DNA from: the human T2T-CHM13v2.0 reference genome, Homo sapiens
DNA length: 64,000 nt
NCBI RefSeq assembly: GCF_009914755.1
Contig: NC_060933.1
Reading direction: 5' to 3' (one strand)
Part shown: positions 13,904-39,273 of the stretch, one piece after another
Layout of the letters: each line of letters opens with the position of its first letter
Numbering within the stretch: the stretch's first letter is position 1
Translations under genes and position numbers: made by a program
Notes under the pieces: generated by a model
Database searches by the model: none
What the model saw: the letters and a program-made list of their open reading frames with translations, nothing else
Told to the model about the DNA's origin: nothing

Positions 13904-14705
13904 GGTAGACTTAAGTTCTAATAATGATTCAAATAGGAAATAACAGCTTTTGGTCTTGGAGTGAAACAAATTGCATGGTAGCCAAGAGTAAAAGACTGCT
14001 TTCTTTTTCCAAAGCTGGGGGAAGCTGCTATGGCCATTAGCATATTTTTTCTCTACCTGATCAAATAAGACTGACTTCTGTGAAGGCTAGGATTATGTCT
14101 GTTTTATTTGCCTTTATATTCCTAGCACCTCATATAGTGGCTACTAGTAGACGTTTAGTATTTGTTGAAGAAATGGATATATCTGAATAATTTTTTAACC
14201 ACTCAGATTTTATCAGCCTTCTTAGAATTTGCCAGTGCTAAGCATTCCATTCCGGATTATTTTACTTAACAGCAGTAAGACTTTGAGTATAGCAAATATA
14301 CAATTCCTATAAGATTACAAATTTGCTTTTTGCAGAGTAGATTACTGGCAAGTATTTGTTGAATTGGATACAAAACTAAGATGGAAGAGATTCTTTCTTT
14401 TTCTGTATTTTAGTGAAGAACACAGGTATATCCGTCTATCATATGTTGCATGATTTGTTTTTTTAAATGGGTGTTTATATAAATATAGGATGAAAGACAG
14501 GTTATACATTAAAATGTCCCTGGGAGGCAAGTTTTAAATAGCTTTTCCAGTGCACTTTTTTTTATACTTTCTTTATGGCCTCTAAATTTTCTGGATCTTT
14601 TATTCTGAGTATATGTCACATTCATAATCAGGAAAACAATAAATATTTTAATAAAAGTTAACTTGGAAAATAGGTTCATTGTTAATATTTTACTTTCCCT
14701 TTTAG

Positions 14706-15871
14706 GTAGTATATCAAATGTGCTGTTTTCTACTCAAGATCCAGTTGAAGATGCAGTCTTTGGCGAAGCTACTAATCTCAAGAAGAATGGTGATAGAGGA
14801 GAAAAAAGACAAAAGCATTTTCCTGAGAGGAGTTGTAGTTTTAGTTCTGAAAGTCGAGCAGGAATGTTGCTTAAGAAGAGTAGTTTGGATTCGAATTCAA
14901 GTGAAATGGCTATCATGATGGGAGCAGATGCCAAGATTCTCACAGCAGCATTGACATGTCCTAAGACTTCTCTACTTCATATTGCAAGAACCCATAGCTT
15001 TGAGAATGTTAGCTGTCACCTACCTGATAGTAGGACTTGTATGTCTGAAAGCACTTGGAATCCTGAGCACAGATCATCTCCGGTGCCAGAGATGCTTGAG
15101 GAAAGCCAAGAACTCCTTGAGCCTGTGGTTGATGACGTACCTAAAACTACTGCAACAGTAGATACATATGAGAGTCTACTAAGTGATAGTAACAGTAATC
15201 AGTCCAGAGACTTGAAAACAGTATCCAAAGATCTGAGGAATAAGAGAAGTAGTTTATATGGTATTGCTAAGGTGGTTCAGAGGGAAGATGTTGAAACTGG
15301 ACTAGATCCTTTGTCTCTTTTAGCCACTGAATGTACAGGAGGAAAAACTCCTGATTCTGAAGATAAGTTGTTTTCTCCAGTTATTGCACGTAATCTGGCT
15401 GATGAAATAGAAAGCTATATGAACCTAAAAAGTCCCCTAGGTAGTAAATCTTCTAGTATGGAATTACACAGAGAGGAAAACAGAGAGTCTGGCATGACTA
15501 CTGCATTTATTCATGCTCTAGAGAGGAGATCAAGCCTACCTTTAGATCATGGTTCACCAGCACAGGAAAATCCTGAAAGTGAAAAGAGCTCACCTGCAGT
15601 GTCCAGGTCTAAAACTTTTACTGGGCGTTTCAAGCAGCAAACCCCCTCTCGAACTCATAAAGAACGTTCAACTTCTTTGTCAGCACTGGTGCGTTCTTCG
15701 CCACATGGCTCGTTGGGTTCTGTAGTAAATTCTTTGTCAGGGCTAAAGCTGGATAATATACTCTCAGGGCCCAAGATAGATGTCCTGAAATCTGGTATGA
15801 AACAAGCAGCGACAGTAGCCAGTAAGATGTGGGTAGCTGTTGCGTCTGCCTACAGCTACTCAGATGATGAG
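14706..15871 (+). CDS. DENND4C: DENND4C exon 7/17, large Ser-rich exon [10 protein letters not shown]...AYSYSDDE
   Basis: Lies within the 422-aa ORF 14663-15931; ttttag acceptor, GAG/gtaaga donor, 1166 nt, phase 1 to 0. Confidence 0.97.
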
Positions 15872-15894
15872 GTAAGAAAGCTTTATGTGTGTAG

Positions 15895-16215
<321 letters not shown>

Positions 16216-16849
16216 GATTTCTGGTAACTTTGGTTTTTATATTTTGCATAGTCTATCTAATATAGAATAGTCTATCTGTAGTCTATTTTGTGTAGTCTAT
16301 CTGATATGGAATGTTTGTATATCTTTTTAAAAATATGTGAAGGATTATTAAGACAGTTCTGGTAACTTTGGTTTTCATATTTAAAAACTATGCATATTTG
16401 GTTTCTTTCTTGAAGTAACTTGAACCGTATATGTAAGGAAGTTAATAATGTAGAAATAGAATATTGGGACCATTTTATAATTCCATACACTAGTCTAAAC
16501 TAAAACATTATTTATTTCTTTGAAAGCTCTAATGATTAGTGTTTGAAGTTAATAAAAATGCCATGTTATATTTGTGTAGCATTCACTTTTAAAATAATTT
16601 TTACCTATGTAATCTCCTTAATACATATGAAGTCAAGCTGCAGCTTAATCCATGGATTTCATACCACATGGCAAAAATAATTGTCTTTAAAAAAACGTTA
16701 TACATAGAGTTAATCATTAGATCTTTTGGTAAAAACAAAAGTGGGTAAGTTTTGCTTGTTTTACAGAAAAAAATTGAAATTTCACCTTGTATGAAATTGT
16801 ATAGTATTTGAGTACTTTAGTAGATAAGGCAGATATGTATAATGTTTGC

Positions 16850-17420
16850 TCTCGTTATTTAACAGTATGTCCTAGGTACTGTTATAAGCTATATGTCTGG
16901 TTTTATATATGAATATATACAAACATAGGTATTTGTTTAATTTTCACAGCAACCCCATGAGGGTGGTACTGTTGTTATCCTGATTTTGTAGATGATATTT
17001 GAAACTCAGAGAGGCTAATTAGCTTCTCAAGATGATACAACTAGGGAATAGTAGAACTATGATTTGAAGTCAGAGAGATTGGCTCTAGAGTCCATGCTCT
17101 TACCTTAGAAGCGATATCTCAGGAGAAGATACCAAAGAGCAATATATGAAAAGAGGTTCAGGTTGGGGGCTATCCAGAAAAAAAGCAAAGCAGGTGATAT
17201 CTAATTTAGGATTTGAAGGATAAATTTGACATTTGGGGTTAAAGCTGTAAGAAGAGTGTCAGAAGAGTATATCTGAAAGAATAATGTGAAATGGCTTGGA
17301 AGCTTAAAGCATCATGTACTTTCAAGGTAATATAATCAATTTCAGATCGTAAAAGGTCTAAATTGGAATTAGAGACGTGGGAAAAAAAATTAGACGTATA
17401 AGACTTTTATACCATTTGAA
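16850..17420. mobile_element. MIR (~16850-17105) and probable L2 fragment
   Basis: cacagcaaccccatgagggtggtactgttgttatcctgattttgtagatg...gaaactcagagaggctaa MIR core. Confidence 0.6.
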
Positions 17421-17594
17421 GGAATACTTTATAGACAAAATAATAATTGAATTAAAAGTATAGTATTGAACATTATAAATTAACTATTTTGTATTTAAAG
17501 AGCTTACGAGGTCAGTCAAGGGAAGGCGAAATAAAATAGCTTCCAAACTGTCTTAATCTGGCATTATGATAAAAAAGAAAAAAAAAAGTGTATC

Positions 17595-18212
<618 letters not shown>

Positions 18213-18984
18213 TTAAAAACAGAAGTACATTACACAGGGATATGTGGACTTGGAATATGTGACACTGTAAATTCCAAGTCACTGTGGATCTTGTCTTGTC
18301 TTTTCATTGTTACATCCCTGGCACCAGTAAGCAGTACCTGGCAAAAGGCAAATAGGAGATACCTAATAAATATTTACACATGAAGGAATGAATGAAAAGT
18401 CTATAAAATGTTTTTAACTTTCATCCCGAGTTTAAGGAATTAATTAGAGGTATATGTAAAAATAGAGGAATTTACCAATGTAATTTATATAAGATTGAAG
18501 CATTTTGAATGTTTAAGCAACAGGGGAGTTAGTAAATACATAATAGTATATCAGTAAAACAGATTAGTTCACAGGTGTTTAAATAATTAGAAGAAAATTT
18601 AATGACATTAAAATAATTACATAAGAAGTACAGGTGAAAAACAATATTCTAATTTGTAAAGATTTATATGATTTTATATGTATGTTTTAAATGACTAGAA
18701 AGATGTATATCAAGATTTTGATTATATTCTCTGACTGTTGATATCATAAGCATTTTTCATTCCTTGTTTTGCTTATCTGTATTTAATTTTTTAAAATCAT
18801 GTAACATGGTTTTATAACAAGGAAGACACAAATCTTTCATTTTTAAAGCAAAAAAACCTGATTGTTGAAATGTTTTCTACCTAAAGCTTCAACAATCACC
18901 TATGTAGTTAAGAACTACAGTGTTTGAAACTTTATTCATGTTTCTTGGCTCTAATATTGATATTTGTTATTCTGAACATTCAGA

Positions 18985-19292
18985 TTCCCAGCCGAAATTA
19001 TCACAGCAGCTTTATTTGAAACAACTCATATTATCCATATTTTCAGATTACATAATTAAAAGTTAAAGAAGTTTAGTAATTTCTGTAAGTTTACATATCT
19101 AATAAATGGTGGAGAACAAGGTCACAATCTGGCTGTCTGATTCAAAAACCCCTACTCTACTTGTACTGGGATTCCTGATTCCATTGGAGACAGTGGGCTC
19201 CCTAGAATTCTGTTATTTTATAAGATTCAATATTGAGAGACACCCAGACCTCCCACATACACCTGAGGCACACCACGATCTTTCTTAAAGTA
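18985..19292 (+). repeat. Dispersed direct repeat copy A (MIR-derived 5' part plus unique 3' part)
   Basis: Colinear with 29998-30304. Confidence 0.9.
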
Positions 19293-19486
19293 TTGTTGCT
19301 TATGGCTTGAATGTCTTAGAGTGTGGAAGTGAAATAATAGTGAGGAGATTTCATGGTTTTGAAAAATGTGGGGATGATGATTTGTTTAAGGATTATAGAG
19401 TTTAATTTTGAAAAGGGTAGAGTGGGTATAATCCCACTGGAGAAGGTATTATTTATGTATGTGGAATTTTTTTTTTTCAATTAAAG

Positions 19487-19664
19487 GAAGAAACTAATAG
19501 AGACTACAGCTTCCCAGCTGGCCTAGAAGACCATATTTTGGGGGAGAATATATCGCCTAACACAAGTATCTCAGGGTTGGTCCCCAGTGAACTTACCCAG
19601 AGCAACACAAGTCTTGGCAGTAGCAGCAGTAGTGGAGATGTAGGAAAACTGCATTATCCAACAG
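19487..19664 (+). CDS. DENND4C: DENND4C exon 8/17, EETNRDYSFPAGLEDHILGENISP...KLHYPT
   Basis: T-tract + taaag acceptor, CAG/gtatgg donor, 178 nt, phase 0 to 1. Confidence 0.92.
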
Positions 19665-20029
19665 GTATGGGGAAGGATTATCCTTTCTTCATTTGCTTTA
19701 TAATAGTTTTTGCTTTTTTTTTTTAATTTAAGAGACGGGGTTTTGTCTTGTTGCCCAGGCTGGTCTGGAACTCCTGGGCTCAAGCAATCTGCCTGCCTCG
19801 GCCTCCCAAAGTGCTGGGATTACAAGCGTGAGCCACAGCGCCTGGCCTGTCTTTGCTTATTTTAATTTAGATGCCTGTAACTCCCCGCTCAATAAGCCCC
19901 ATTTGTTGAAATGATTGAGAGATTTTTAATACTAGCCGCCTTATGATCTATTCTGATCTTGTATGATTTATAACTACTGTGGTCACCTACTGCCTTTGTT
20001 TTTAGTTGTATATATTCACGGATTATATC

Positions 20030-20213
20030 ATTAGTTCTCAAACTTTGGCATGCATCAGAATAATCTGGGAAATTTGTTTCAAAATAAATGCAAATGTCCA
20101 AGCCTAACGCTAAAACTTCTGAGACTGAATTTGTGAGATGGGGCCTTGGGAATGTGTATTTTTAAGCAGTTCTCTGGGTGAATCCGATGTATACCAGAGT
20201 TGGAGAATCACTA
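20030..20213. mobile_element. MER5-like hAT element (another at ~44200-44370)
   Basis: gttctcaaactttggcatgcatcagaataatctggg...gagttggagaatcactag. Confidence 0.7.
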
Positions 20214-20428
20214 GGATGTGTCATTGAAGTTTCTTACTCCATGTTACTTTTTAAAATTATAATTCGGTTCTTTTTCTCTGACTTTTTACTGTAAAAATTT
20301 AAAATGTCCAAACCGGACACAGTGGCTCATGCCTGTAATCCTAGCACTTCGGGAGGCAAGGCGGGTGGATTGCCTGAGCTCAGGAGTTCAAGACCAGCCT
20401 GGGCAACACAGTGAAACCGTCTCTACTA

Positions 20429-20686
<258 letters not shown>

Positions 20687-20857
20687 TTAACTATTGTTAA
20701 CTTTATCTCTTTCTATGTATGCATACATTTTTATACTGAGCCACTTGAAAAACAGTTGCAGACTTTATTCTGTGTCCCCCCTAAATACTTTGGCATGCAT
20801 TTTCAAAAAACAAGGACATTCCTTACTTAAGGTATTACGATGTATATTCCTTTGTAG

Positions 20858-20967
20858 GTGAAGTTCCATTTCCAAGAGGCATGAAAGGGCAAGACTTTGA
20901 AAAATCAGATCATGGTTCTTCTCAAAATACCAGCATGTCTAGCATCTATCAGAATTGTGCAATGGAG
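20858..20967 (+). CDS. DENND4C: DENND4C exon 9/17, [37 protein letters not shown]
   Basis: tttgtag acceptor, GAG/gtaaaa donor, 110 nt, phase 1 to 0. Confidence 0.93.
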
Positions 20968-21274
20968 GTAAAAGTTCTATATTCAGTTCATGATAAAGTA
21001 GCTGTAAGCATATTTTTATTTCAGAATGGCATTTAACAGGATTCTATGATACCCTTGTGGACAGTATAATAAAATAAGTCATTTTGTTGAATTTGCTTGA
21101 TGTCTTATGTAAGTAAGACATTGAACTGGTAGTTTACCTGTGAAATAAAAGAACTGTTATTAATAATTCCAAATTTGATCAGTAGAATAAAAAAAATCCC
21201 ATTATCTCAAGAGAATTCCTGTTAAGATTAATTTTTATTAAACGTTCTCAGTGTCTGCATTTTTCTGTTTTTAG

Positions 21275-21460
<186 letters not shown>

Positions 21461-22150
21461 TAAAAGCTCTCTCAAGAAGTAAGTACCCTCAAAAAACACG
21501 ACTTCTGGGAGAAGAGTGAAATATTCCTGGTATGCTCCAGGTCTGCCTTCCTGTCTGTCCTTCACCTTCAGTATTTGAGTAGCAAATACTAGTAATGTGG
21601 GAGTCTACTTTTCCATTTTATTTAAAGTAAGATTATCAGCCGGGCTCCGTGGCTCATGCTGTAATCTCAACACTTTGCGAGGCCCAGGTGGGAGGATTGC
21701 TTGAGGTCAGGAGTTCAAGACCAGCCTGGGCAACATGGCAAGACCCTGTCTCTACAAAAGATTTTTTAAAATTAGCTGGGCATGGTAGTGTGCACCTGTG
21801 GTAGCAGTTACTAGGAAGGCTGACATAGGAGGATCGCGTGAGCCCAGGAGTTTGAAGCTGCAGTGAGTATATATTTTAGAAGAAACAAAGGGGAAAAAAA
21901 GGCTTCAACTCTTCTCTTGTCACTTGCACGTCCTAGTAGTATTCTGTGCAGTGAAATGACCAAATTCTAGGCAATAGATATAAGACTAGCTGATCTATAA
22001 TTATACATAAAATAATTGAGAGTTTGGTGACTCTGTGCTGACCTAGGGAATTATACTTAATATTCCATTCATTTTATGGAACAAATTGAACTTTTTATTT
22101 CCTGCCTTTAGCTGCTTTAAAAAAAATACACTGCCAGGTGTGGTGGCTCA

Positions 22151-22572
<422 letters not shown>

Positions 22573-22799
22573 TTAGCCCGACACCATGGCACATGCCTGT
22601 AGTCCCAGCAACCAGGAGGCTGAGGCAGGAAAATGGTTTGAACCCAGGAGGCGAAGGTTGCAGTGAGCTGAAATCACACCATTTAATTGTAGAGGTGTTT
22701 CTTCTCTGTTTTTTCTTTTAGCTTCAAGGGTGGAGCTAAGTCAAATCATACTCTTTAATTCCTGACACACTATCATCTTTGGACTGTGCAAGGGCCCTC

Positions 22800-24780
<1,981 letters not shown>

Positions 24781-25558
24781 TATATTTTTCAAATTGGGTA
24801 TAAAGGAGCATTATTAAGTCTGTCCCCTGAATATGTTGTTATAGAAAATTTCAAGCTTACAACAAATTTTAAAGGTTTTTTTTCAATGAGCACGCAAATA
24901 TCTACCCCTGCGTCCTTCAATTTACACTTTACTATACTTAGTCTATCACCTATCTGTCTCTCCACCAATCTATCTTAAATTTTTATTCATTTGAAGGTAA
25001 GATAGAGATATTAATACATTTCTCCCCCAAAGACTTTGATATGCATATCATTAGAGTTCAGTATTTATTGACAATTTTTTTATTTTGAGATAAATTGATA
25101 TACAGCAAAATGTACAAATCTTAAACATACCATTTGAAGAATAAATGCATGTATTTGTGCAAATTAAACCCTTAGAAAACATTACCATTACCTCAGAAAA
25201 TTCTCTAAATGTTCCTTGCAAGGCCCTTCCCTCCTCAAGTCCCACCCAAAGAGAGAAGGAGAGAGATAAGATGTAAATAAAACAATGAACAGAGAAGAAA
25301 TGATTAGAAACAAGATGGAGATTTATAAGTGATAAAAGACATTATAAGTAATTATAGGTTAATATATCTTAAAGTGCTGCTACTGCAGCTCTTTATTTTT
25401 TTTTTTAACTCAGGAAATTAATAAAATATTTTGCTTTCCCTCTTCCCTCACAGTTTTCTTTAGTGGTTCTCAAAAATTGGAATATCATTTATTGGACCAT
25501 TTCCAACCTTGTATTTGAAAAGTTTAGGATAGGAGGGGAAGAGAAAATGAGAGCAGGA

Positions 25559-25559
25559 A

Positions 25560-25618
<59 letters not shown>

Positions 25619-25631
25619 GAGAGTGAGAGTG
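25559..25631. repeat. Compound microsatellite (TG)n(AG)n
   Basis: Seen directly, ~150 nt upstream of the exon 11 acceptor. Confidence 0.95.
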
Positions 25632-25777
25632 TATTGGAAATAGGCCGTGTTTTCCTTCTGGATTATATATAATTTTATTAATGACTGCTTTAGCAATAAA
25701 ATGATTCTAAATATGATAGAATTTTAGAAAACTTGAGGATTTTTAAAGGCTCTTTTTCCCCCCTTTTCCTTATGTAG

Positions 25778-25960
25778 CTTTTTCCTGAAACCAAGTACCT
25801 CTGGTGACAGTTTACAAAGTGGAAGCATTCCATTGGCAAATGAATCCTTGGAGCACAAACCTGTATCCAGTTTAGCAGAACCTGACTTGATCAACTTTAT
25901 GGACTTCCCAAAACATAACCAGATCATAACTGAAGAAACAGGCTCTGCAGTTGAACCAAG
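25778..25960 (+). CDS. DENND4C: DENND4C exon 11/17, [27 protein letters not shown]...SAVEP
   Basis: Pyrimidine tract + gtag acceptor, AAG/gtatca donor, 183 nt, phase 2-2. Confidence 0.93.
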
Positions 25961-26773
25961 GTATCAAAGGGTACAGAGACCTCTTTATGTAGTAATAAAT
26001 GGGGTACCCTTGTAAAAATTCTGTCTCTAAAGACAACGTGACTCATATAGGCATAAGTTCTGGCATTTAAGAGTACATCTTAACTTATTATTACCACATA
26101 GTGTTTAACGAGCTAATGAATGAATCTGATGATAAACCATTTTTGAACTAAGTTTAATATTTTACAGTTGTCTTTTACAAAATGAACTTCTCAACAGTAA
26201 AATATTTCCCTTTTAATATAGTCATTGCCAGTTTCCAGAGGCGAAATGTTCTCTTTCTGTGAAATGTACACTTGGCCCTTAAATACTAATTGAATCAAAC
26301 ATTTATTGAGACTCTATTGTATGCTAAATATTATGCTAAGCTCTAAAAATAAAAAAGTAAATATGACTGGGTCTCTCTCCTTAGGTGGATCGTGGCCTAG
26401 TAGAGATTAAATACTTGTCAGTGTCTTTATTGTACTTATTTGCATATAGCATACTTCTAGGTAATTTTGTTTAATAAAGATGAAATAATATTTGAGTAAA
26501 GCAACTGAATGGGTACTTTGTCTTTTTAAAATAATACCTGTATATCTACAATATGTCATCTTCCCACCCCTCACCAGAACCATCTACTCCATCCTGTTTT
26601 TCTGACCAGTTTTACAAAAATGCTTGAAGGAAATGCAATTCTTACAAGGTGGTGCTGATTCTTCTTAGATATATTTAGTAGACTCAAGGTCCATTGTAGA
26701 AAATACTCTAGCTCTACAGATTTAGACTGTTTTTCAACATGAACATAGCATTTCTTCTATATTTATTTTTAAG

Positions 26774-26969
26774 TGATGAAATAAAGAGAGCCAGTGGAGA
26801 TGTCCAAACTATGAAAATTTCATCTGTGCCTAATAGTTTATCAAAGCGAAATGTGTCTTTGACTCGAAGTCACAGTGTTGGAGGCCCATTGCAGAATATT
26901 GACTTTACCCAGCGACCGTTTCATGGCATCTCAACAGTTAGTCTTCCAAATAGTCTGCAGGAAGTTGTG
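26774..26969 (+). CDS. DENND4C: DENND4C exon 12/17, [19 protein letters not shown]...RSHSVGGP...LQEVV
   Basis: ttttaag acceptor, GTG/gtatgt donor, 196 nt, phase 2 to 0. Confidence 0.94.
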
Positions 26970-29052
26970 GTATGTAACAACAACAACATTGTAATTATAC
27001 TGCATACACACCTAAGTATATAGTAGAACATTATAAATTCTTCTGTAGTGGACTTATTTTAATTACATGAAAAGTGATAGAGTTTTTCCATAAACAAATA
27101 ACTTTTTATTGTGGAGAATTTCAAATATGTACAAAAAGAAACAGTATAATGAGTCCCCCATCATCTAGCTTCAGTTATTTTCAGTTTATGGCATTCTTCT
27201 TTTATGTATATTCTCATTCAGTTCTCTCTTTTTTTGAGATTATTTTGAAGCAAATTTCAAACATCACATATTCTGTTAGTAAATATTTCAGTATGTATCC
27301 CTGAATGATGAGGACTTTAGAAAAATATAATCACACTGCTTTTATCATACAAAAAAAACCCCAAATAATAGTATCAAGTTATTTAGTCTGTTCAAATTTC
27401 TGATTGTCTCAAAAATGTCAAATGCATATGTGTGCTTGTGTATGTGTGGGTTGTAGTTTGAGGAATCAGGATCAAATAAAGTCAGTGTATTGCACTTGGT
27501 TGATATAGTTTTTAGTCTTTTTGAATCTGTAGACTCTTTTCCTCTTGCAATTTATTTGTTGATAAAACTGGTTAGAGTACAGTTTTCCATAATCCAGATT
27601 TTGCTGATTGCAACGATAAAAGTTGGAATTTGTGTCCGGAACCTTGATCAGATTTGGGGTTTTTGTGTTAGTGTTCATTTGCTTGTTTATTTTTGTAAGA
27701 CGATTTCATCAGTGGTGGTATGTTCCTCCCAGCAGGAGACATAAACATTAGTAGCTATTAATGCCTTAATGCCTAGATAAAGTAATTCATTAGGAGCTAT
27801 AAAATGATAATGGTCTCATTCTGTCATTTCTTCCTTATAATAAGGAATACATAAACAGAAATTTCCCTATGTCTCTGTTAGATTTTCAAAAGATAAAATT
27901 TATAGTGGAAAGGCAGGTTAAATGCTTGATTTTTTCCTTTTATTTAGAGTTTTCAAAATAGCGAGTTGAGTCCCTGTCATTCTCCAAGGTCATCAATTAA
28001 TTTGGGGGAATAGGGTATCATTATGAGCTCATTGATTTCAACATTTATGTTTAATTAAGTAATTAATTTTTAGAGATGGGGATCTTGCTTTGTTGCCCAG
28101 GCTATTCCTAAACTCCTGAGCTCAAGTGATCCTCCTGCTTCAGCCTCCCTAATAACTGGAACCACAGGCACACACTACCATGCCTTAAACATTTATCTTT
28201 ATATCTATTGCTGTTTTTATCGTTGTTCATGCTTATATTATTCTCTTTGGTCAGCTAGAAGCCTCTACAAGTTAGCTCATTAGTCCTTTTGACACAACTC
28301 TAGTAGCATTTTTGTAATTTTTAAAAAGCTTTCTTGCTTTCTTATATGACAAGATGTTTTATGCTTATGTTATATACTTTCTTACCCAGACCTAGAATCA
28401 GCTGTTTCTCTAAGAAACTGTGGGTCCCTTTAGAGGGAAATGGTTTTGGAGACCACAGTCTAGGCACCAGGGGGACTCACTGTTGATGAGAGAGTCTTAA
28501 ACATTTTATCCTGATTATAATATGCATAACTCACAAAGTCTAGGTTGGGTCTTTTTTCATTTCTTATTTTATTTGAATTATAAAAATGCTATTTCTTTAA
28601 TTCCTTCAGTTTTTGTTGCAATCAGTTGTAAAAGTGAGTTAAGTCAACAAAGAATATTAATGCAAAAGATTGCCCCATCAGTTTAGAGTTGTAGGAGGAA
28701 GATAATGTCACACAGTTTTTACACACATACATTACTATAAAGCATCTGAAATGCAAATATTTCTTATAAAAATTGAAAAAAACCTAATACATTCAGGCCA
28801 TTGCTCTCAGTGTGATAGAGAACATGTTTTAAAGAGTCTGTTGATTAATTTTCTTTTGTAATGATTTAACTTAACAGTATTTAAGTATTTTCTTTTTTAG
28901 GTTTTCATTCATTAGCATATTCTCTTGCATGTAGCAATGGTCCTAAAATAACTGATTTAAAAAGGATAGAGAGGCATTATCTCATTGAGAAGTGCTCTTG
29001 AGCATACAGATTTAAACAGATAATATTAATTTCTTTTTGTATTTTTTTTAAG

Positions 29053-29298
29053 GATCCTTTAGGAAAAAGACCCAATCCTCCCCCTGTTTCTGTGCCCTAC
29101 TTGAGTCCTCTAGTACTCCGTAAAGAACTTGAATCTTTGCTAGAAAATGAAGGTGATCAGGTGATTCATACATCTTCTTTCATCAATCAACATCCAATCA
29201 TTTTCTGGAACCTCGTTTGGTATTTCAGACGTTTGGACCTTCCTAGTAACTTGCCAGGACTTATCCTCACATCTGAACATTGTAATGAAGGTGTACAG
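29053..29298 (+). CDS. DENND4C: DENND4C exon 13/17, [34 protein letters not shown]...[16 protein letters not shown]...EGVQ
   Basis: tttaag acceptor, CAG/gtaggg donor, 246 nt, phase 0-0. Confidence 0.96.
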
Positions 29299-29329
29299 GT
29301 AGGGTGCCAACTTTTATACTTACATTAGT

Positions 29330-29970
<641 letters not shown>

Positions 29971-29997
29971 TGGTAGCTATTATTCTTAACTGTTCTG

Positions 29998-30304
29998 TTC
30001 CCAGCTGCAATTCTCACAACCACCTTATTTGAAAGGACCCATATTATCCATATTTTTCAGATGTTATAATTAAAAGTTAGAGAAATTTAGTAATTTCTGT
30101 AAGGTGACATACCTAATAAGTGATGGAGACCCAAGGTCACATTCTGGCTGTCTGACTTAAAAGCCCCAACTCTACTTATACTGGGATCCTGATTCCATTA
30201 GAGACAGTGAGCTCCTAGAGTGCTTTATTTTATAGGATTAATATTGATAGACACTCAGACCCTAAACATATACATGGGGCAAAATAAAATCTTTCCTTAA
30301 AGTA
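29998..30304 (+). repeat. Dispersed direct repeat copy B
   Basis: Colinear with 18985-19292. Confidence 0.9.
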
Positions 30305-30654
30305 CTATAAACTCTAGTTTGATTAGGTAGGTGAAACAAAATTATTTGGTAAGGTAGTAGAACCTCTTGCACTTTGACCTTAAAATTTGCTGTAATGGTA
30401 ATTAATCTTTCTACAACCATCATGCCAGTTAGCTAATTGTCATCCCATTTCTTAAAAGTCACACTGAGAAACCTTGACCTCAGAAAATAATAATAACATT
30501 TGTCATCAGACATTAATAAAAATTAAAATTTTGATTCTGAATTTTAGGTCCAGAATTTTAAAAGGACTCATCTGTTTTATATAATCAAGCTTCACTAGAT
30601 CTACTGGTAATTGTTATTCTCGGGATACTAATACTTTCTTTTGATTTCTTTTAG

Positions 30655-33730
<3,076 letters not shown>

Positions 33731-33879
33731 AAATTTTGCCCAGGGGGAGAGGCAGGTCATAAGAATAGAGAGCTCTGAAATTTTCCCTAAAGGAAATTAT
33801 TTTATTTGGAACAGAGTGTGGAGAAGTTTAAGCCTGAGAGCACTCTCAAAAACAGTGGAGATTTTGGTCAGAAGGCCAT

Positions 33880-36940
<3,061 letters not shown>

Positions 36941-37349
36941 GTGAAATTATAGCATAGTGTGAAGATTAACACTATTCAAAGTCTATCATTTAGCAGGTGG
37001 AAGACCTAGGATGAAAACTCATAGCAGCCAGTATTTCCTGTTATCATAACAGAGGACTTTGCTATTTTTTTTTTTTTTTTTTGGTTTAACACAAATGAAC
37101 TATTACCAGTTGTCTTTATTTAGGGGCGGTGTTACACAATACAATATAATTAAATGTATAATGAAAAAGACAATCCGCCTGCCTCAGCCTCCCAACGTGC
37201 TGGGATTACAGCCATGAGCCACTACACCCGGCCGAATTACGTTCCTTCTAATTAGCACTAGACTCTGCTATATTTAACAGAAAATAACAGAGGCTGAAAC
37301 AGGTAAAGATTATTCTCTCATATGAAGTTATTAGGCTAGGCAAATCAGG

Positions 37350-39273
<1,924 letters not shown>

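Noticed and set aside
25961-26015. Possible intronic polyadenylation after exon 11 (AATAAA near 25994, 8-bp stem aagggtac/gtaccctt)
   Set aside because: The hexamer precedes the read-through stop and AATAAA is common in this AT-rich intron; no other support.
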